64,000 bases of DNA. Source: Escherichia coli. Lineage in GTDB: Bacteria > Pseudomonadota > Gammaproteobacteria > Enterobacterales > Enterobacteriaceae. The notes under the pieces were generated by a model, which made no database searches, was not told the DNA's origin, and saw only the letters and a program-made list of their open reading frames with translations. Shown piece by piece: positions 60,656 through 64,000 of this stretch (position 1 is its first letter; every line of letters begins with the position of its first letter). The DNA lies in assembly GCF_965641715.1 (NCBI RefSeq), contig NZ_OZ282453.1, one strand, 5' to 3'. The translations under genes and the position numbers were made by a program.

Positions 60656-63316
60656 TCATGATTCCTCGCGTTGGGCAAGATTTAGCGTAAGCCCAACGAT
60701 CCCCTCTTCGAGCTGGATATCAACGTTAAACCCGAGCTTGCGGGCCAGCGCCACCATGCCACGATTATTTGGCATCGTAATACCATTCAGACGTTGTAGT
60801 CCGTGATCTCGCGTATAGGTAATCAACTTTTCCATTAAGCGTCGACCTAAGCCTAACCCTTTGAGATCCGAGCGAACCAGCACGGCAAATTCGGCATCGA
60901 TGTTATCAGGGTCGGAGATCGCACGCGTGACGCCGAGGATCTCTTCCGTTTGATCAATACGTCGTACCGCTACAAACGCCATTTCCCGATCGTAGTCGAT
61001 CTGCGTCATGTTGGCTAAATCTTCATGGGTAAATTCGTTGATCTCGCTAAAGTAGCGGTAATAAAGATCTTCTTTGGTGACTCGCGAAATGAATTGCTGA
61101 AGTTGTGGCTCATCTTCTGGCAAAATCGGGCGGAACAAGCAGCGTTCACCGTTTTTCAATTCTACCCATTCTTCCAGCTGATGCGGATAAGGGCGCACTG
61201 CCAGCCGACTCTCGTTATCGCCTTCAAACGGCGCGATATCCAGCGTGACATCCAGCGCGGTAAATTCACTGCCAGAAGCCAGCAAAGGATGAATATCCAG
61301 ACGCTGAATTTCCGGGCAATCGACAATCAAGTTGGAAACCTGCACCAGAAGCTGGCTCAAGCCTGCAACATCCAATGGGCGTAGCGCACTGCGCGCACGA
61401 ATCTTTTTACTTTTGATCCCCTGAATAACCAGATAGCGGGCCAGGTTCATATTCAGCGGCGGCAGTGCGACGACGGCTTGATCTTCAGGACGCCACTCCA
61501 CACCGCCTTCACCCAGCATGATCAACGGCCCAAAAACCGGATCGTGCTCAACCACAACCCGCAACTCCTGAGCGCCAGCACGGTTAGCCATACTTTGCAC
61601 CAACAGGCCGTGGACCCGCGCCTGCGGCCAGGTCATTTTTACGCGATCGAAAATAGCGTTTGCCGCTTGCTGGACTTCATTGGCTGTACGCAGGTACAGC
61701 ATGACGCCCTGAACTTCCGATTTATGTGGAATATCCGGCGAACGCAATTTCAGCGCCACCGGATAACCAATCTGTTCGGCAATATGCACCGCTTCCGTGC
61801 TATCACTGGCAATCCAGGTAGGGAGCGTGTTCATGCCATACGCTTGCATGATGGGCTGAACTTCATGGGTATCGAGCGACGTAGCCCCTTCGGCAATCGC
61901 CTGTTGCAACAGAAGATGCGCTTTTGCGGTATTGGAAGTCAGATTGCTGGGCAACGCCGGCGTTTCGCGTAGTTGCTTCTGATTACGCCGGTACTCCACC
62001 ATATGCATAAAAGCAGTGATGGTTCCTTCCGGGGTACGGTAGGTCGGCAGCCCGGCTTCGCTGAATAAACGTCGTGCCTCTTGCGAGGAGTGCTCGCCGC
62101 ACCAGTTCGTCAGCAGAGAAACATACTTGCTGCGGGGATGATGCTTTACCGCTTCAATTAATGCTTGCGCACTTTCTGTTGCGGGAGCAGCGGCGCTGGG
62201 CGAATGAATAACCATCAGCGCATCAAAATCCTGGCTATGGAGCAGAATGTCCAGCGTTTTGACATAATGCTCGCTGCTGGCGTCATCGCGCAGATCGAGC
62301 GGGTTAGAGATTGCCACATGTCCTGGCAGTGCATCGCGCAGTTTCTGGCAGGTTTCTTCGCTTAGTGTTGCCAGCTTGCCATTGCGTGACCATAAGGCAT
62401 CCAGCGCCAGCGCGGCAGGCGCAGCACCGTTGCTGATAATCATCAACCGGTCGCCACGCAGCGGGCGCATATGGCTAAGGGTTTCTACCGCCGAAAACAG
62501 TTCGTGGGTGTCCTGTACCCGCAACAAACCGGCACGCTGAATAGCCGCATCCCATGCCGGGTCCATTCCTGCCGTCGTGTTGAGCAGTCGCTGTGCCGCC
62601 GGGCTACGTCCGCTTTTAATCACCAGAATCGGTTTATTACGCGAGGCACTACGGGCCGCCGAAACAAAGCGTCGCGCGTCGCTTAACTGTTCGAGATAGA
62701 GCAGGATGGCGCTGGTTTTACTGTCGCGTGCCAGATAGTCAAGCAATTCATCAACGTCGATATCCAGGCTGTCGCCGAGCGCAATAAAGTAGGAAAAGCC
62801 CATCTCACGCTGTTGCGCCCAGTCGAGGATGGTGTTGGAGACGGCAGCCGATTGTGAAATAAACGCCAGCTTGCCGCGTTTAATCGGCACAGGCGAAAAG
62901 CTGGCATTCAGACCTTGCCAGGGAGCCAGTAAACCCAGACTGTTTGGTCCAAGCAGGCGCATGTTATGGCGCAGGGCGCAGGCGCGGAGATCTTCGTGTT
63001 GCGATGCCGGGGCGGAAAGAATAATGCAGGTTTTACAGCCTTTCTCGCCGAGCTCTTCCAGAAGAGCAAGATTACGGCTGGCATTGGTACATAAAACCGC
63101 AAGGTCGGGTGTAAAGGGCAAGCTGGCAATATCCGGCCAGGCCAACACACCCAACACCGCTTTCCAGGCTGGCGTCACCGGGAGTACCGGTCCGTTAAAG
63201 CCTCCCGCCAGCAGGTTACGCATCATCAGGTAACCTGCGCGATTGGGTTTCATCGACGCGCCAATTACCGCTATCGATTTTGGTCGCAGTAGTGCTTCCA
63301 GTCCTCGCTGACTCAT
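60656..63316 (-). CDS. patZ: Protein lysine acetyltransferase PatZ (YfiQ/Pka): CoA-ligase-like plus GNAT domain
   Basis: 886 aa; C-terminal GNAT (RSDLKGLGLGRRLMEKL). Confidence 0.92.
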   Translation of the reverse strand: MSQRGLEALLRPKSIAVIGASMKPNRAGYLMMRNLLAGGFNGPVLPVTPAWKAVLGVLAWPDIASLPFTPDLAVLCTNASRNLALLEELGEKGCKTCIILSAPASQHEDLRACALRHNMRLLGPNSLGLLAPWQGLNASFSPVPIKRGKLAFISQSAAVSNTILDWAQQREMGFSYFIALGDSLDIDVDELLDYLARDSKTSAILLYLEQLSDARRFVSAARSASRNKPILVIKSGRSPAAQRLLNTTAGMDPAWDAAIQRAGLLRVQDTHELFSAVETLSHMRPLRGDRLMIISNGAAPAALALDALWSRNGKLATLSEETCQKLRDALPGHVAISNPLDLRDDASSEHYVKTLDILLHSQDFDALMVIHSPSAAAPATESAQALIEAVKHHPRSKYVSLLTNWCGEHSSQEARRLFSEAGLPTYRTPEGTITAFMHMVEYRRNQKQLRETPALPSNLTSNTAKAHLLLQQAIAEGATSLDTHEVQPIMQAYGMNTLPTWIASDSTEAVHIAEQIGYPVALKLRSPDIPHKSEVQGVMLYLRTANEVQQAANAIFDRVKMTWPQARVHGLLVQSMANRAGAQELRVVVEHDPVFGPLIMLGEGGVEWRPEDQAVVALPPLNMNLARYLVIQGIKSKKIRARSALRPLDVAGLSQLLVQVSNLIVDCPEIQRLDIHPLLASGSEFTALDVTLDIAPFEGDNESRLAVRPYPHQLEEWVELKNGERCLFRPILPEDEPQLQQFISRVTKEDLYYRYFSEINEFTHEDLANMTQIDYDREMAFVAVRRIDQTEEILGVTRAISDPDNIDAEFAVLVRSDLKGLGLGRRLMEKLITYTRDHGLQRLNGITMPNNRGMVALARKLGFNVDIQLEEGIVGLTLNLAQREES

Positions 63317-63347
63317 ACCGGTCTCCCGCAGAAGTGACCGAATGATT

Positions 63348-64000
63348 TTAAACGCTTTCTAACTGTTCTGCTGTGATGCTACCCAGATGTTGCGTTTTTC
63401 CTGCCAGATAGCGTGTTTTAAAGCGGGTAAAATGCTCGCCTAACCCTGCTGCCGCCCCGGTATCGCCGGCCATATCTAACAGTGCGATGGCTACCTCGGC
63501 AGTACAATATTGGCCTTCAGCCTGGGCTTCACGCAGGCGATAGGCAGAAAGCCGGGAAAGATCGACGGAAATGACGGGAAGATTATCCAGATACGGACTT
63601 TTACGAAACATCTTGCGAGCTTCCGGCCAGGTACCATCGAGCATGATAAACAGCGGTGGCTTACCGGAAGGCGGGGTGAAGATCACTTCCCGTTGCTCAT
63701 CAGCATACGAGGCGGGAAAGACCACCATTGGCTGATAATCCGGGTTTTGTACCAGATCCAGCAAATCCTGCGAGGGTTCGGTACGCGACCATTGAAACGC
63801 AACGGTATCAGGCAAAATATCAGCAATCAGACGCCCGGTATTACTGGGCTTCATTGGCTCGGTGTCGAACATCAGCAAACAGAAGCGACTTTTTGCTTGT
63901 GCTGGGGTAATTGTCGAACAGAGACATAATTTCTCTGGCAAAAGACAGCGTTGGCAGCGACGAACGCGATTACCGCGGGCAAGAAAAGGACGTGTTGCGC
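63348..64000 (-). CDS. yfiP: DTW-domain tRNA-modifying protein YfiP (N-terminus beyond the window end)
   Basis: DGTWPEARKMF DTW motif; the frame stays open to the window edge. Confidence 0.85.
   Translation of the reverse strand, partial: ATRPFLARGNRVRRCQRCLLPEKLCLCSTITPAQAKSRFCLLMFDTEPMKPSNTGRLIADILPDTVAFQWSRTEPSQDLLDLVQNPDYQPMVVFPASYADEQREVIFTPPSGKPPLFIMLDGTWPEARKMFRKSPYLDNLPVISVDLSRLSAYRLREAQAEGQYCTAEVAIALLDMAGDTGAAAGLGEHFTRFKTRYLAGKTQHLGSITAEQLESV

Overview
Enterobacterial (E. coli-type) chromosome. The left flank is the ffh-rpsP-rimM-trmD-rplS / yfiBNR / yfiL / aroF-tyrA / pheA-pheL region. The right flank is raiA-bamD-rluD-yfiH-clpB, a complete rrnG-type rRNA operon (16S, tRNA-Glu, 23S, 5S), then kgtP-yfiM-pssA-patZ-yfiP. 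A ~36-kb P2-family prophage (9839..45829) sits between pheL and raiA. It is bounded by a 27-bp direct repeat that is the raiA intrinsic terminator. The prophage has the P2-like core: int, C, cox-like, A, Q, P, O, N, M, L, X, R, S, V, W, J, I, H, G, FI, FII, E/E', T, U, D, ogr. It also carries several unusual accessory or regulatory modules.
1. A P1 c4-like antisense RNA with duplicated a/b target boxes lies upstream of the replication gene block.
2. The A-to-cos hot spot holds an R1-type parM-parR partition locus, an orphan ClpX zinc-binding-domain protein and a phd-doc toxin-antitoxin pair.
3. A Gin/Cin-type invertible tail-fibre segment has a flanking invertase.
4. The FI-FII-E-T-U tail block is inverted relative to canonical P2 order.
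5. Between ogr and attR there is an unannotated hok/mok-type type I toxin locus and a Mu com-like zinc-finger gene. The com-like gene overlaps a beta-class DNA methyltransferase and is preceded by three clustered GATC sites, resembling the Mu mom control region.
No CRISPR array or IS element was seen. All homology statements come from reading the translations against remembered family sequences and motifs. No database search was run.
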